Part shown: in pieces, positions 50,201 through 63,639 of the stretch
How positions within the stretch are numbered: position 1 is the first letter of the stretch
Layout of the letters: each line of letters begins with the position of its first letter
The notes under the pieces: generated by a model
Databases searched by the model: none
What the model was told of the DNA's origin: nothing
The model's input: the letters and a program-made list of their open reading frames with translations, nothing else
Program-made: the position numbers and the translations under genes
NCBI GenBank assembly: GCA_026770705.1
Contig: JANJGN010000192.1
Coordinates: 62,001-126,000 of the forward strand
From: Isurus oxyrinchus
Lineage: Eukaryota
DNA length: 64,000 nucleotides
Direction: 5' to 3'

Positions 50201-51780
50201 ATAAATGATCACCTTACGAGCGATTCTCGCATCCCCAAAAGAATAAAAGAAAAAAGTTGTTAATATTTTCCAAGCATTGCATCAATTTTTCCCTGGGGCC
50301 CTGTCCCAGTCTCAGTTGGGCAAAGGCCCCAAATCTCATCACCAGCACGCTGACAGATACCACAGCGTCACCCTTTCCTTCAGTGAGAACCTAATCGAAA
50401 GAGTTTCTGGGCGGAATGAAAGTGGGGAACAAAATGCTCTGAAATAAATTGTGGTTGATTGAGATATCTTTAAAGTCTTGTTTTTTTTTGGAAGAATTAC
50501 CTCTGAAATCTCTTAAGGCTTTCGTAAATGTACCCGTAATATCGTTTTTTTTTTAAAGTGTGTGCGGCGGATAAAGGTCTAACAGGAAAAGAAAATGGCA
50601 TCCACTGCATAACTTTTGCAATAATCCCGAACCGGTTATCATTCGGGTAACAGTGCAAACCCACAAGGTCATTAGGATGAAAAGAAGAGGGAGCAATTCT
50701 TAAGAACAAGGGTGCATGTTCGCTTCGAAGAGAATTTCGACCCTATTGTGCTTCTTTATATTTGCACGTCATTCTATATGCTTCCTCCCAACTTGAAAAT
50801 GTTCAGCTCTTTACCTAATTAATTTGAAATAAATAACCGCGTTATTGAGAACCGAACTTTGAACCGTCTGAATATTAAATGTAAGAAACGATCCACGGCG
50901 CTAAGTTACAAGCAACATCACCCAGCCCTGTTTTGAACTGTGTTTGATTATTTTGCAGCAAACTCGTTTGGAATTATTCATTTGCTATAGGGCTGTAGAG
51001 CAGCACGAATTGAGAATATTCAGAAAAGAGCAATTGAAACGGATATCCAAACAGAAAGTTCTGGAATGTTTAAAAAGACGTGAGACACATGATACACCTG
51101 CTCCGTTTTCTCATTTTCTTAGACACCGCTCAGAGGGAACACCAGGATTATACTGAGCTTGGAATGGAAGCAGTGCTGATTCACCAGTGCGATTCCCGAA
51201 TTCATTAGGGTTTTTATGGAGTTAAAGATTCATCATCCTAGATTCGAATCAACATAGAATGTATACAGAATAGAGAGAGGCCATTTGTCCTATCCTGCTT
51301 GTACTGGCTCTTTGAGGGAGAAATTCGCCCACTGTCAATCCCCCCGACTTCCCTCCATCCCTGCACAATTTTTTTTTCTACTTTCAGGGATTCATATTAT
51401 TTCTGTTCCCTTGATTACAGGAGAATGAAGCGTGATCTGGTTGAAGTTTTTAACCTGTTAAAATGAATTGTTAGGTTAAACGCAGAGAAGTCGTTTCCTC
51501 TGGTGGCAAGAACGGGATTGAATTTTAACATTTTGTTTTGCCACAGGTCCACAATGACTGTGCCAAATAACGGATATGTCAGGAAGCACTTATCACACTT
51601 GGAGCATCAGGAATCCCAGTAACAATTCATAAATTGATCGAGGCTACCCCAGTTTGGAGAGGGTGGATCTTTCCTTGGAAATAAACGAAACGTTACCTCA
51701 GTTCTCCTTGAAGATGTCAGCGTCCATTTTTCTGTCTTTTGTCGTTTTACTTGCAATCAACAGCTTGATCCAAAAGGCAA

Positions 51781-51859
51781 CCCATAGACTGGGACTTCAA
51801 GCCTGGACCCTCAGGTTATATGTCTGATGCGCTACAGAGCTCTCTAGAGCTACTCGGCC
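51781..51859 (-). pseudogene. tRNA-Lys(TTT) pseudogene
   Basis: Minus strand GTAGCGCATCAGACATATAACCTGAGGGTCCAGGCTTGAAGTCCC. Confidence 0.8.
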
Positions 51860-54800
51860 TCTACTCCCCATCACTGTCGAACAAGAGATATCACAAGCTT
51901 TTGTTCAATTTTACTGTTAGGTATTTCATCCTCTGCAGCGAATCCCCCTCAGAGGCAGACCGGCAGCCTCCCTTTGGCTTCATTTCACAGTTATTCTAAT
52001 TTGAACCAACGACTCGTTCCTTACCAGCAATGTATGATTTGACAACTCCTGTTGCCCAGGCATCTGCGCTGGGCCTTTAAACCTTTGCAGTATTCGTTGG
52101 TTTTGGAAAGGTATAATTGGAGTGGGAAGCTACAAAAGGCACAGAGGTAGATTTCTCAAGTGGATTAAAAAAATCATATGGTGCTTGTTGTGGGAACCAG
52201 TGACACCGTCACACTGAAAACCACGAAGCTCATTCGGAGTAATGCTATACATTGTGCAAATCACAAAGTGTCGGGTTGAAGAAAGTGTCAACCCAAGGGT
52301 CTCATCAAAAAGGACTGCAACACGTATCCCTCCTCATTCATTCCTGGCGAACATGCAGTGACGCAAAAAATTCAACTCGCGCTCATCATTTTCGCCGGCA
52401 ATATTTCAAATTGTTCCTTCCACTTGAACCTCCCAAGGAAACGGTGATCCTATTTGGCTTCATTACATCGGCTCCTAATTCCCTACTGTGTTTCAGGACG
52501 TCATTGGTTAAATTTAAAACCATGCATTGACTGAAAGGATAAAGGTGCCACTGACATTTAAACAGAGTATCTCATGTGTATTAAAGAAGCGTTTTAAATA
52601 ACCAAGTCACAAGCCGAACACTGACCAGAGTTTACAAAGCAAAGTTCTGAATTGCATCCCACTTCTTCGCTGCAAATATTATTGTTCATTCGTGTGAATT
52701 GAAAACTTTCAACTGCACTGGGCTTTCAAAACTTTGAAGATTCTATTTCTTCAGGTGAAATATTAAGTTGCAAGCATGAACGTTCTTCCTTTCCACATAA
52801 CAGTCCCTTTTTAATTCTTCCCTCGCAGTTCATTTCACCTCAATCACAGGCGCTGCATCCCAGACCTTAACCTCTTCCTGCGAGAAAAAATAAAGTTTTA
52901 TTTTTCTTCGTCTCAGTTTTTTTTGGCAACTACTTTAAATCTGCAACAGCTCGAACTTGATCCTTTCACGAACGGGAGCACTTTCCTCCCATCAAATCTG
53001 CTCAGGTCGCTCGTGATTTTCCATCCTTCTATCAAATCTCGATTCAGACTTCTTTTCTCCCAGAAAAACAGTCCTAACCTCTACAATCTATCTTCCTAAC
53101 TGAAGTTCCTCATCTCAGCAGCCATCTCGTGAATTTGTTCTGCACTCCTTCCAGCATCCTTAATATCCTTCCTAAATTGTAGCGCCCAGAACCAGATGGG
53201 ATGCACCAGCGGAGGCTGAACTCTTAGGGACACTTAGAAATCCTAATTATGTTATTCCCATTACACCATTCTTCGTTTTTTTGTGCCATGTCTGTTGTCC
53301 TCATAGACAATCGCTTTTGATGTGATTCCATAACCAACACATCGGATCTAAGCTGTGCAGTTCTGTCACTTCCAGTCGTGAAAGGCGGTGGACAATTAAA
53401 CACTGATTGGGAACGAGGCCCCGAATAAAAATGATGACCTCAGCAGCGAATCTTAAATTCAGGAAGCAATAAAATAAAAGGTTGTCAATGTGTTCCGAGG
53501 GTCGCTGCATTCCTACCCTGGTGTCCTGTGCCATCCTCAGTTCAAAGCTTCCCATAGTGGACCAAACCTTATCGGTCACCGTCTATTCAGTGAGGTTCAT
53601 CCCAACAACAGTTTCCAGGTGGAATGAAAGCGGAGAAAAACATTTGTTTTTTCCAAAATTAGTGGTTGATTGAGATGTCTTTAAAATCTTGTTTTTTTTT
53701 TCCTGGAAAAACGTCTCAAATCCCTTGAGACGTTCGTAGATTGATCCATGGTGTCCCTCATTGTGTAGGTGCACGCAGTGGATGAAGACAGAGAGGAAAA
53801 GAAAATGTAATATCCAGCACCACTTCTGCACTGACCCCAAAGCAGTTTTCATTCACGTAATATGGCAAACCCACTGGTACATTGGGATGAACTGAAAAGG
53901 GAGCGATACATAAGCATACCAGTGCACGTTCTTTTCAAAGGGAATTTCGATCCTATTGTGCTTCTTTATGTTCACAATCATTCCATATGCTTCCTCACGA
54001 CATGAAAATGTTCAGCTCTTTGCCTGATTAATTTTAAATAAATAACAGCACCATTGACATCTGAACTCAGGATCGTCTGCAAGACTATATGTAAGACATG
54101 ACCCACTCTACCACACTGTTAAGTCACAACAGTTATGTTTTGAACCGTATTTCACTATTTTGCTGTAAGTTCACTGAGAATTCTTCATCTGTTACGGGGC
54201 TGTAGGGCAGCGCGAAATAAGATTTTTGAGGAAGGAGCAATTGAGGTGGACATTCAACCAAGAAGTTCTGCACAGTTTGTGAAGCCGTGAGATACATGAC
54301 ACACCTGCCCCTATTTCTCATGTTGTTGCAGACACTGCTCAGAAGATACATCAGGATTATGCTAAGCTAGGAAAGGAAGCAGCACTGTTTGACCAGTGGG
54401 CTCTGGAGTTCAGCAGGTTACATCTGGAGTTAAATTTCATCATCCACGATTCGTATTAGCATTCAATGGGGTCAGCCGATAAATAGGCTATTTGGCCCAT
54501 CCTGTCTGTGCTGGCTCGTTGAAGGAGAAATTTGCCTCAATCAATCCACCGGCCATCTCCCCGATCCTTACGAAATCGTCAGTTTTATTTTCAGGGATTA
54601 AATGTTTTTTCTCTTTTCTTCATTATAGAAGAATGATCTGATCGAGGCTTCTAACCTGTTAAAGTGAATTGTTAGTTTAAACACAGAGAAGCCATTTCAC
54701 CCGGCAGGAAGAATGGGGTTGAATGTTGACTTTTGTTTTGGTCACAGTTCCACAGCGCAGGTGCCAGCCAAGCAAGAGGAATGTCAGGAAGCACTCTTCA

Positions 54801-54990
54801 CACAAGGAGTACCTGGAAACCCAGGAAGGAATTTAAATTGATCGAGGCTACCACAATTCCAAGACAGTGGATCCTTTGTTGGAAATCAAAGTAACGCCAC
54901 CAGTTCCTCAGCTCCCCGTGAAGAATTCAGCGTCCAAGGCTGTCTCTTTGGTCGTTTCACCGGCCGTGAACATCTTAAGCCGAAAGTGAA

Positions 54991-55063
54991 CAGCCAGACA
55001 TGGACTTATCACCTGAACGCTCAGATTAAAATTCTGGTGCCCTAACGAAAGAGCTGCCCAGTG
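54991..55063 (-). pseudogene. tRNA-Lys(TTT) pseudogene
   Basis: Minus strand CAGCTCTTTCGTTAGGGCACCAGAATTTTAATCTGAGCGTTCAGGTGATAAGTCCATGT, at the syntenic cassette position. Confidence 0.75.
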
Positions 55064-56350
55064 AGAGCAGCCATCACTACTTAAAAAGAGGCGTCACAAG
55101 CTTTTTATGCATTCCCTTGTGAGGTGACTCATCTTCTGCAGCTCCTTTTTCCTCACAAGCAGACCAGCAGACTCCCTTTGGCTTCATTTTACAATTATTC
55201 TAATTTGCACCTACTACTCACTCCTGACACATGGCGTGTGACCTCGCAACTGTTGTGACCCAGTTATCTGCACTGGGTATTTAAAGCTTTGAAGATTGCA
55301 TTGGTTTCGGGAAGATATAATTAGAGTCGGAAGCTAAAATCTGAATAAACAATTTCTAACGGTGTTTGTAGGGGGAACGTGTGATGACATCACATTGAAA
55401 AAACAAAGCTTCTAAATAGTCCAAATCACAAATTGTAGGGATGGAAATAGATCTGCCAGCCCAAGGACTTCATCAAAAAAGCACCAACATTTATCTCTCC
55501 CCGTTTGTTCCTTCCTAAAGCGCAGTAACATAAATCATTCAAACTTTGCCCACAGTTATCACCGGCAATATTTTAAAATGTTCCTCCTGCATGACTTCCC
55601 AAGGAAACAATGATCCTATCCGGCTTCATTATATAGTCGCCTAATTATCAATGCTGCCTCTGGACGTCAATGGTTTTATTTAAAGCCATGCATCGACTTA
55701 ATCGATGAAGACACATCTGACAATGAAAAGCAGAATCGCTTTTACATTAAACAAGTGCTTTAACCAACTAAGTCACAACGCCAACACTGACTAGAGCTTT
55801 GCAATGTAAACTTCAAAATTGTATCCCACTACTTTGCTGCAAACATTATTGTTCATCTCTTATTGGGCTGTATGAAAGTCCGAATTGAGAACGTTCATCT
55901 GCACAGGGCTTTCAAAGCTTTGAAGATTCGATTTCTTTCGGTGAGATATTAAGTCACATAAATTCCAGTGAGAGGTACAAAGGGAGAGGGATTGATTTTG
56001 CGAATTGGGAAACTGCTTCACATAGTGCCTGTTGTGGGAATGTGAAGTCCTGGCAGGTCCCGGAGATGCTGTTGCTGTATTGTAGGTCAGATAGCAGACT
56101 CACCCTCCGTTAATTGAAAATCAACCTCATTTCTGGACTCAAACACAGATCACTGGTTCTAGGTCTTTCCTTCCGACCATGGATTGGTCAACATGTGACT
56201 CCAGGCACAGAGCTCTAAACTGTCCCCCTGAATTGGTCTAGCAAAGCACTGGGTCTTATTAAAATCGCAGTTGCAAAGAGCAATTAGGGGGTGGTGAAAT
56301 GCTGGTCTCAGCAGTCACAAATCACAGCCCTTCCCTTTTGTTCTTTTTGT

Positions 56351-56366
56351 GGCTCTGAAAAGAGCC
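56351..56366 (-). promoter_or_regulatory. replication-dependent histone mRNA 3' stem-loop
   Basis: Perfect GGCTCTTTTCAGAGCC followed by ACA and a purine-rich HDE-like AAGGGCTGTG. Confidence 0.92.
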
Positions 56367-56394
56367 ATTGTTAGATATAGTGCTGAAAGCAGTT

Positions 56395-56481
56395 TTAGGG
56401 TCGCTCCCCGCGGATGCGGCGGGACAGCTGGATATCTTTCGGCAAGATGGTGACCCGCTTTAAGCGGATGGAGCGCAGGTT
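56395..56481 (-). pseudogene. histone H3 pseudogene, C-terminal 28 codons only
   Basis: NLRSIRLKRVTILPKDIQLSRRIRGERP* against H3 residues 108-135 [28 protein letters not shown] (21/28 identical). The stem-loop lies about 30 nt downstream. Confidence 0.93.
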
Positions 56482-56512
56482 TTACACAGGAGTACTTTTT
56501 TCCTGTGCAAGC

Positions 56513-56521
56513 CCTTTTATA
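56513..56521 (-). promoter_or_regulatory. TATA box of the H3 pseudogene
   Basis: TATAAAAGG about 30 nt upstream of the deletion junction. Confidence 0.6.
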
Positions 56522-57821
56522 AAAATTCCTATCTTTCCAGTAAAGATTTGGAATTTATATACAATACTGCTAACCTCTGATGCTGCTCCTGCGACCCCTC
56601 TCCTCTCCCGCCACATAAAACCAGGGAACTAAATGACAGCATCCATCATTTGTTCCATGTGGCTGCGGGTGTAATTTATTAAAATGACATCTCATAGCAC
56701 CAGCCGAGTTGTGGGATGGTTTTAGCGCTGAATACTGTGATGAAACATTTATCAGTCCATTACTTATTGACTTCTGAGAATGTTCAATTTATAGAACAAT
56801 CCAGGTTTTCCCTTAAGTGGACTTTTATAGATAAAATTACCATGTCCCTGCGAGCTAACTGGGAATGGCTTAATCTGCACAGTTGTAGTGCAAATAAATG
56901 TTGAGCCTCATGCCAGGATCAATAGCCATGGAAATTAAACCGGGAGCATGATGGGTGGCTGTTTTGGTGGTTCCGGAAAGTAACATATGTGACAACCACG
57001 TGGCAGAGCCAGAATGCTACTCCATTGTACTCAGTGTCTCATCATAGGACTGTCCCCTCATCCTGAGGACCAATCAGTGAAGATTCGCTGTGCCGCCTCC
57101 AAATCACTAGTATCCTTCCTTAAAGATGAAGATCAAAACTGCAAATAATATTAAAGGTATGATGTCACCAAAGCCCTTTGTTTTTTAGCAAGACTTATTA
57201 ATTCTTGAACTCAGATCCCCTTACAATACAGTCTAAAATGTACTGTCTTCAAATAAACAAAATGTGTGTCTAAGTGAGGTTATGAAAAGCGGCATAGAAC
57301 TCGTCCAAAGGCAAAATGAAGGAACAATTAAGTAAAGGAGACCGAACACAGCCCGCAAAGTAAATAAACAAGAAAGAAGATAAAGAAGGATATTAAGAAC
57401 TAAAATTGATGAAGTCATTTTTGAGTTCAGTGGCTGAAGCGTCCTGAGTCAGAAGATGATCCACTTTTCCATAAGCTTTGATTTTGGTGAGGCCATTTAT
57501 TCCCCAGGTTCTGTTCTATTATTTCTATTGTTTCCTAATTTCAATGTTGAAATCTGTCTATTTGTTGTACCTGTGTTCCTTATTCCCAAATTCCAAGCAA
57601 GCGGAAATAGTTTCCTCAACTGACCATATCCGCACCAGAGGTCCTAGTACATAAATCATTAAAGTAGATTGCATACCAGTTCCAGCAAGTGATTAGGAAG
57701 GCAAATTAAATGGTGGCTTTTATTGAGGGAGAATGGAAGTTTTAGTGCAGCTGTACAGAAGATTAGTGAGCAAATATCTGGAAAACTGTGTATGGTGTTG
57801 GCCACCATATTTTTAAAATAT

Positions 57822-58746
57822 CTTCATGAAACGATAATATTTTTCGAAATATTATTGTTGGCTTATATGTGTGAACGTGGATGTTCCTGCCTAAGTGAAT
57901 GAAGTAATTGAATTAGAGTCAGATAGACTGCAGGTTTGAAATTGTCGAAATAAAATAAGAGCAGGAAGACATCTGAAATGCTAATAAGTAAATATGGATG
58001 AGGAGCAGGGTGTGAAGGAAATTTGCATTTTCAGATAAGTGGAAGGTGGTTGGGTATCAAATAGATAGTAGCATTTTTGCAACTAACAAGATAAACAGGG
58101 CAAGGTTATTATGTTTATTTTTCCTAAAAGGAAACGGACTTTATTGACTTTCTGAATGATTTTTACAAAACGAGAAAATTAAACTTTCAAAGTCCTGTAG
58201 AACAATGGAATTTAGAGATTAGAATGAGAGAAACGTATAAAGAACGGATGAAAGACTGTATAGAGAGCGTTGCCATGTCACATTGAAAGGTACACCATGT
58301 GAAGCAGTCCTTAGGAAACAGCCACTTTAGCAGACGTTTGCTACTTATACAAATATAAAGAGTTGCGTTGCAAGGCTTTGGTAATCCAATGCCGAGTACT
58401 TGGTGTGGTATCTTTGCATCATTGATTTTGTAGTTTCAAATCTATTTTAGGCTGCTGCCTTATAGGGGGAGTGGAGTTGGCAACCTGTTTAACTAAGAAT
58501 TTTGGGAAATGCTACGCCTAAATAACCGTGTAACTCTAATATTGTGTGTATTTATCGTTTTTTTTTCCTTCTGTTAATAAATGTTTTACAATAATTAAAA
58601 ATCCCTTAAGGTGTTATTGGATTCAATGCCTCGGAGTTCAGTGCAAAAGCCTTCTCGGAATAAATACAAACTGCCTGAACTTTTGTGATAAATGGCTAAG
58701 TTTCCCTGTGCATTTGGCCCACCTGGCATACATCACCTGTCATACC
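57822..58746 (+). mobile_element. candidate Gypsy solo LTR
   Basis: About 0.9 kb non-coding block with degenerate inverted termini (TCATGA...GTCATA) and AATAAA near 58577. Related to 1400-2147(-). Confidence 0.5.
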
Positions 58747-59399
58747 AAATGCATAAGAAGCATTGCAGAGAAAGGTCAGTCAATTCTTTCCGAGGAAGAC
58801 GGGTTTAACTTATTAAGGCGGTTTGGTCCTGTTTCCCTTGGAGTTGAGAAGAAAGCGAGGAGACCTTCCTGAATCATACCCGGTCCCGAAGGGACATGAT
58901 CGGATGTATCGAGAAGTAGGGGACAGTGTAGAAAAAGGAGAGGTCTCCATTTTAAGAGGAAATGCGAGGCTTTTTTACTCCTCGTAGAGCAGCGTTCTGT
59001 GTAATTTTACTTTTTGCTGTCTCCATGAACACTTTCTTTCACCCAAGGCCCGGAAATTAGGCGTTTGCATCGCGTGGATGTCCTGAATGTTCATGACACG
59101 CAAAAGGCTCTTTCTCACTTGACAAACATTTTCTTCCACCTGCTGTGATGGGAATTGAAATTCACTGGTAAATATGATCAAACAGTTTATGTTTTTTTTC
59201 TGTAAAATGCACTTTTTTAACTTCAGCGAACATTGCAAATACAATCTAACCGACCAGTTCACATGTTGATGTCCTTTTTGCTTTGTTTGATGTATTTCAT
59301 GACTCTGCTGGGTGCTCTATTACATGCATCCAGCACTGCCTGTGTTAAAAAAATAATCACCACAATCATGTTGCTCATTTTGCACCCCAGGTCGGTATG

Positions 59400-59580
59400 A
59401 TTTATTTTTCATTTATGGGATGTGAGCGTCGCTGGCTAGGCCAGCATGTACAGCTGCTCCTAAATTACGCTAGAGAACTTGGTGATGTGCTGCCTTCTTG
59501 AACTGCTAAAGTCCATGTGGTGTAGGTGCACTCAGAGTGCAGTGAGTGATGGAGTTGCAGGATGTTCACATCGGCATCTT
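59400..59580 (-). mobile_element. CR1 LINE 3' end
   Basis: Same tail and ORF end as 5253-5420. Confidence 0.75.
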
Positions 59581-59719
59581 GCTCTTTCTTCTGGACAACA
59601 TCTATTGTAAGGGACCTGAACAAAATGAATAACTGTCAGTATGGAGTCCCTATCTGAAAGAGGAAACGCATCCGGTAGAGATGATATAACACGCGTTCAC
59701 TAGCCTCATGCGAAAGCAA

Positions 59720-60860
59720 GACTCAGTATGGTTTTTCGAAAGGGAAATCATGTTTAATCAAGTTATTAGAGTTCTTTGAAGGATAAGCATGTGTTATGGA
59801 TGAAGAGGAGCACGTATGCTTAATATACTTGGATTTGCAAAAGGCCTTAGACAAGCTGCCACATCGAAGGTTATTGCAGAAAATAAATGTTCATGGTATA
59901 GGGGTAAGATATTGACATGGAGAGAAGGCTGGCTGGCTGACAGAAAACAGAGAGTATGCATATGTGGGTCTTTGTCTGATTGGCAGGAAATACGACTGGA
60001 TAGGGATAGGTGCTGGGATCATGATTTTTTACAATTCATATCAATCGCTTAGATGAGGCGATTTAAGTCATGATAGATAAATTTTCAGTTGTCACAGATA
60101 AAGTTCTGAAGATTGCAAAAGCAACATGTAAATAGAAATATATGGATTGAGTTTTTGGGCAAAAACCTACAGATGGATAATAATGTTGGAACATATGAAG
60201 TTGTTCACTTTGGTAGGGAAAATAATAATAATAAGAAACAAATTATTAATTACACAGAGAACGACTGCAGAGTTCCAAGCTGCAGGGGGATCTAGGTGCC
60301 TTGGTTCATGAGTCACAAAAAGTTATTACACAGGTACAGCACGTAATGTAGAAGTCGAATGCAATGCTATCCTTTATTTCTAGAGGAATTGGAGACAGAA
60401 GAAAGGCTGTTAAGCTTCAGTAATACAGGGTAATCATGACTACAAATCTGGAGTACTGTATGCCTTTTTTTCCCTTTACTTTAGGAAGGATGTAAGTGAG
60501 TTTGAGGCGGTTCAGAGCGGGTTTACTGGGTTGATACCTGGAATGAGCGGGTGCCTTATGAGTATTGGTCGGACAGACTGGGTGTGTTCCTTGTAGGACA
60601 GTGGAAATGAGATGTTTTTTTTTCTCTCAGGTGAATATGCGACTTCAGAACATTCGGCCTCAGAAAGCAATGGAGGTGCTGTCATTTAAAATTTAAAAAA
60701 ATACAGGTAAATAAATTCTTGTAAGGCAAAAGATTCAAAGGCTCTCGGCGCAGATGGGAATGTGGAATGCGAAATACAAACATACCATCCACGATCTTGG
60801 TGAACGGAGGAACAGCCTCGAAGATCCATTTGATTTACTTCTGCTCCTATTTCCTATGTT
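59720..60860 (+). mobile_element. CR1 LINE RT to 3'UTR
   Basis: QYGFSKGKSCL..LLEFFE, YLDLQKALDKLPHRRL, WLADRKQRV, VVHFGREN and LEYC motifs. Confidence 0.9.
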
Positions 60861-62518
60861 CGTAGCAAATGTAGATATTGGAAATCTGAAGTAACAACAG
60901 AAATTCCTGTTATGCTCTCCAGACACTACTGCTTCCTGGGAAAGAGAAAATCTCAATCTTTCAGCTCTGTAAACCAAAGGTGTTGTCTGAGCTGCTGAGT
61001 GAAGCCAGCATTTTCTAAAGGCTGAAAGTCCTACGTTTTAATTATAGCTTGGTCCCTAGATTCATGCCAATATTCAAAGCAGAGATTCAGCAAGATTACT
61101 CTATACCCTCTGGATCTTAGTGTAATCAGTGATGAGGAGAAACCTATTCAACAAATGTTTATGTATCTTTGAAGTCCCCTAACACAGGGGATTGGGAGAG
61201 CTCAAAATATTTAAACCTGTGATCAATATATTATTGAATACTGAGGGGATAAGAGGATATGAGAATAGCCCTGCGCCTATCCACCAGTCTGATTGGAAAA
61301 TGAAAATGTTGCACATAGAGATCAAAGAGAGGGAAACAGAGAGACAAACAGACAGACATTCAAAAGGTAGAGAATGACGGGCAGAGACATGCGTCGCAAT
61401 ATTTTTGCTTCATTAGTTGGACATGGCAAAGAGAAAGACTTCCAGAGAAACAATGACACGCTCAGAAAATAGTTCAGGAAGTAAGACGCACACATAATAA
61501 AACACGTTTAAAGTGGAGATAGATTTCAATACGAGGAAGTAAGCAATGTTATTACGAACTTTTGGAGGACCAATATGGAAAGTCGCTACACTGTAAAAGC
61601 GAGGTTTTTGTAAAGTGTGGATGGGCAGTGAGACATTTCCCTCCATATACACAACGCTCATAATGTAGCTCAATAAGCATATTGAATATTTTGGTTTCTA
61701 AATGGAGAAAGAGCATGTTAAGCCACCGGGGTCATGCTAGAACTTGAAGTCCTGCATTTACACATTCTTGTTAGTTTTGTTCACCACTCTTCAGCAAGGC
61801 ATCAGAAAGGGGCTCGAGAAAGTTCACTGGGGCGTTTCAAAGGATGAAATTGTTATATTATGAGGTGTTGTTGGACAACCCCGGGTTGTTATACTTTGGA
61901 CAAAACATTTAAAAAAATCACCAAATAATGGTTTTCCACATCATGCGAGATTTGGGGAGGGTAAACAAGGAAAAAATCCCCTCTGTGTGTACATCAATAA
62001 CTAAAGGTCATGGATTCAAATTCGTTGACAAAAGTTATGCAGATGACGGGAGCCGAGACATTTCCACTCGGAGTTGGTGGGATCTGGAAGGCTTGACATA
62101 AATAGGTGTCAGAAGATATTTTCGTGAATAATTTTAGATAGAAATTGGAAAGGCCATTGCAGACGAGCATCTTAGAAAACCACAATAAACAAGAACAACC
62201 CGGGAGCAATTAACAAAAACAACGCACACATGCACAAATACAAGCGCACGGAAAATTTGCCTGCACATACCGTTGGGCACATCTAATTAAGCTTAAAGTG
62301 ACATCGACAATGTGAGAGAGGGAGAAAAAGAAGGGTGGCATTAATTTAGCTGATATTTGTGGTATTCATGACAGAAAATTCGTGAGCACATGGAGATGAA
62401 TAAGAATGAGGAAAGCGACTTCTGTTGTTGAAAAGTTTGCGATATGATACCGCATAAGGCAGAACTCATCTCTAAGGAAATTGGCCAAATTTTGAAACTG
62501 AACGAAGAACAGAATTTG

Positions 62519-62596
62519 CATAGTCGCAAGGATTTGAATCTGCTCAAAGGCACGCTAATGCATGTGTATTTGCTTTCCACACTCGGCCACAACTAC
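62519..62596 (-). pseudogene. tRNA-Ser (AGA/TGA-type) degenerate pseudogene
   Basis: GTAGTTGTGGCCGAGTG...GCAGATTCAAATCCTTGCGACTATG compared with canonical GTAGTCGTGGCCGAGTG...GCAGGTTCGAATCCTGCCGACTACG. Confidence 0.75.
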
Positions 62597-63639
62597 GCAG
62601 TTTAGCAGTATATAAACCAGACTGATCACCGTCCAAAACAATTCTCATTAAGTGTCTCTCTTTCGTATGATTTTGACTTCTTGTGCTGAAAATAAATGCG
62701 TGTCATCCTTCTGCTGGTTGCAGAGCTGTATTTTCGATTTGTCTTCTGAACCTGGTTTGATGCAGAAATATTTTTTCTGTCTGTTTCTTTCCTTTTCCCA
62801 ATGACTCCTAAATATATTTACACACAACGCAGATATTCACAAATACTTTGAGAGATAAAACAGTCACACACACACATTCATTCAGAACGAGCACACCGAT
62901 AAACATAACAACCAATTTCAAACATCATAATGTTAATGATAAATATTCGGACATTCAGAACCTGCTGTAACTCAACTCGGAGGTGTCGCAATAGCTGCCT
63001 TAAAGGTGCAACAGCAAATGAATATTTTGTTGACAGAAACACAGAGATAATCGAATTATACTCTACTATCATGTTCCGTGTTCTTTCTGCAATTTAGTTT
63101 TGAGGAACTACCAGGAATAGCGATTGTGGATTCGATAGGATGGATCGAAAGGAACTGCTCCCTTGGACTTTGTGTGTACACAGAACACAGGAGACAGAAT
63201 GGCAAGACATTGGACAGTAAATGCAGAGCCAGTCAGTAAGTATATGAGAGTACACAAGGAATATATATTTCAGGTACCATTTGTGAAATGAGTGTATTTT
63301 CTAGGTGGTGAGAAACAAGGGGCTGTGGAAAAGCAAATTGGTTTTGATCTCCAGGACGAGGGCTCACAAACAGCTAGTATGCATGCACAAATAACACCAT
63401 CTTTAATCTCCATTTCAAGATTTTCATATCCGAGTTAACAATCCTTACAATCAATGTTTAGACAGCTGACCTGAGTTTGTAGCTTAAATTAGAAAACAGA
63501 TCCATGCAACTAGCGGAGAGGCTTAAAGCATGCTGTTTTCCATATTGTTTTCCAATATTTTGCAATGTGCATAGTTGTTCACCTCTTCTAAGGCTTGAAA
63601 CTTTGGGAATTCTTTATCTGTGATTGTGATGTAGGACAG

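Larger units (their letters stand above)
49560..55960. repeat. tandem duplication of an about 3.2-kb tRNA-Lys cassette
   Basis: Paired anchors about 3.2 kb apart: GAATTTCGA.CCTATTGTGCTTCTTTAT (50732/53942), CCCTTTGGCTTCATTT (51970/55174), GGGCTTTCAAA.CTTTGAAGATTC (52720/55906), and the tRNA-Lys relics (51781/54991). Confidence 0.92.

Noticed and set aside
54048-54125. Possible tRNA-Val(TAC)-like relic with a 9-nt insert after the anticodon (paralog at about 50838-50910)
   Set aside because: Too degenerate to fold or assign by eye. It needs an Infernal search.
62878-63072. Possible third GPCR exon 1 on the minus strand
   Set aside because: No YYPxLA motif or GT donor. The hydrophobic character alone is insufficient.
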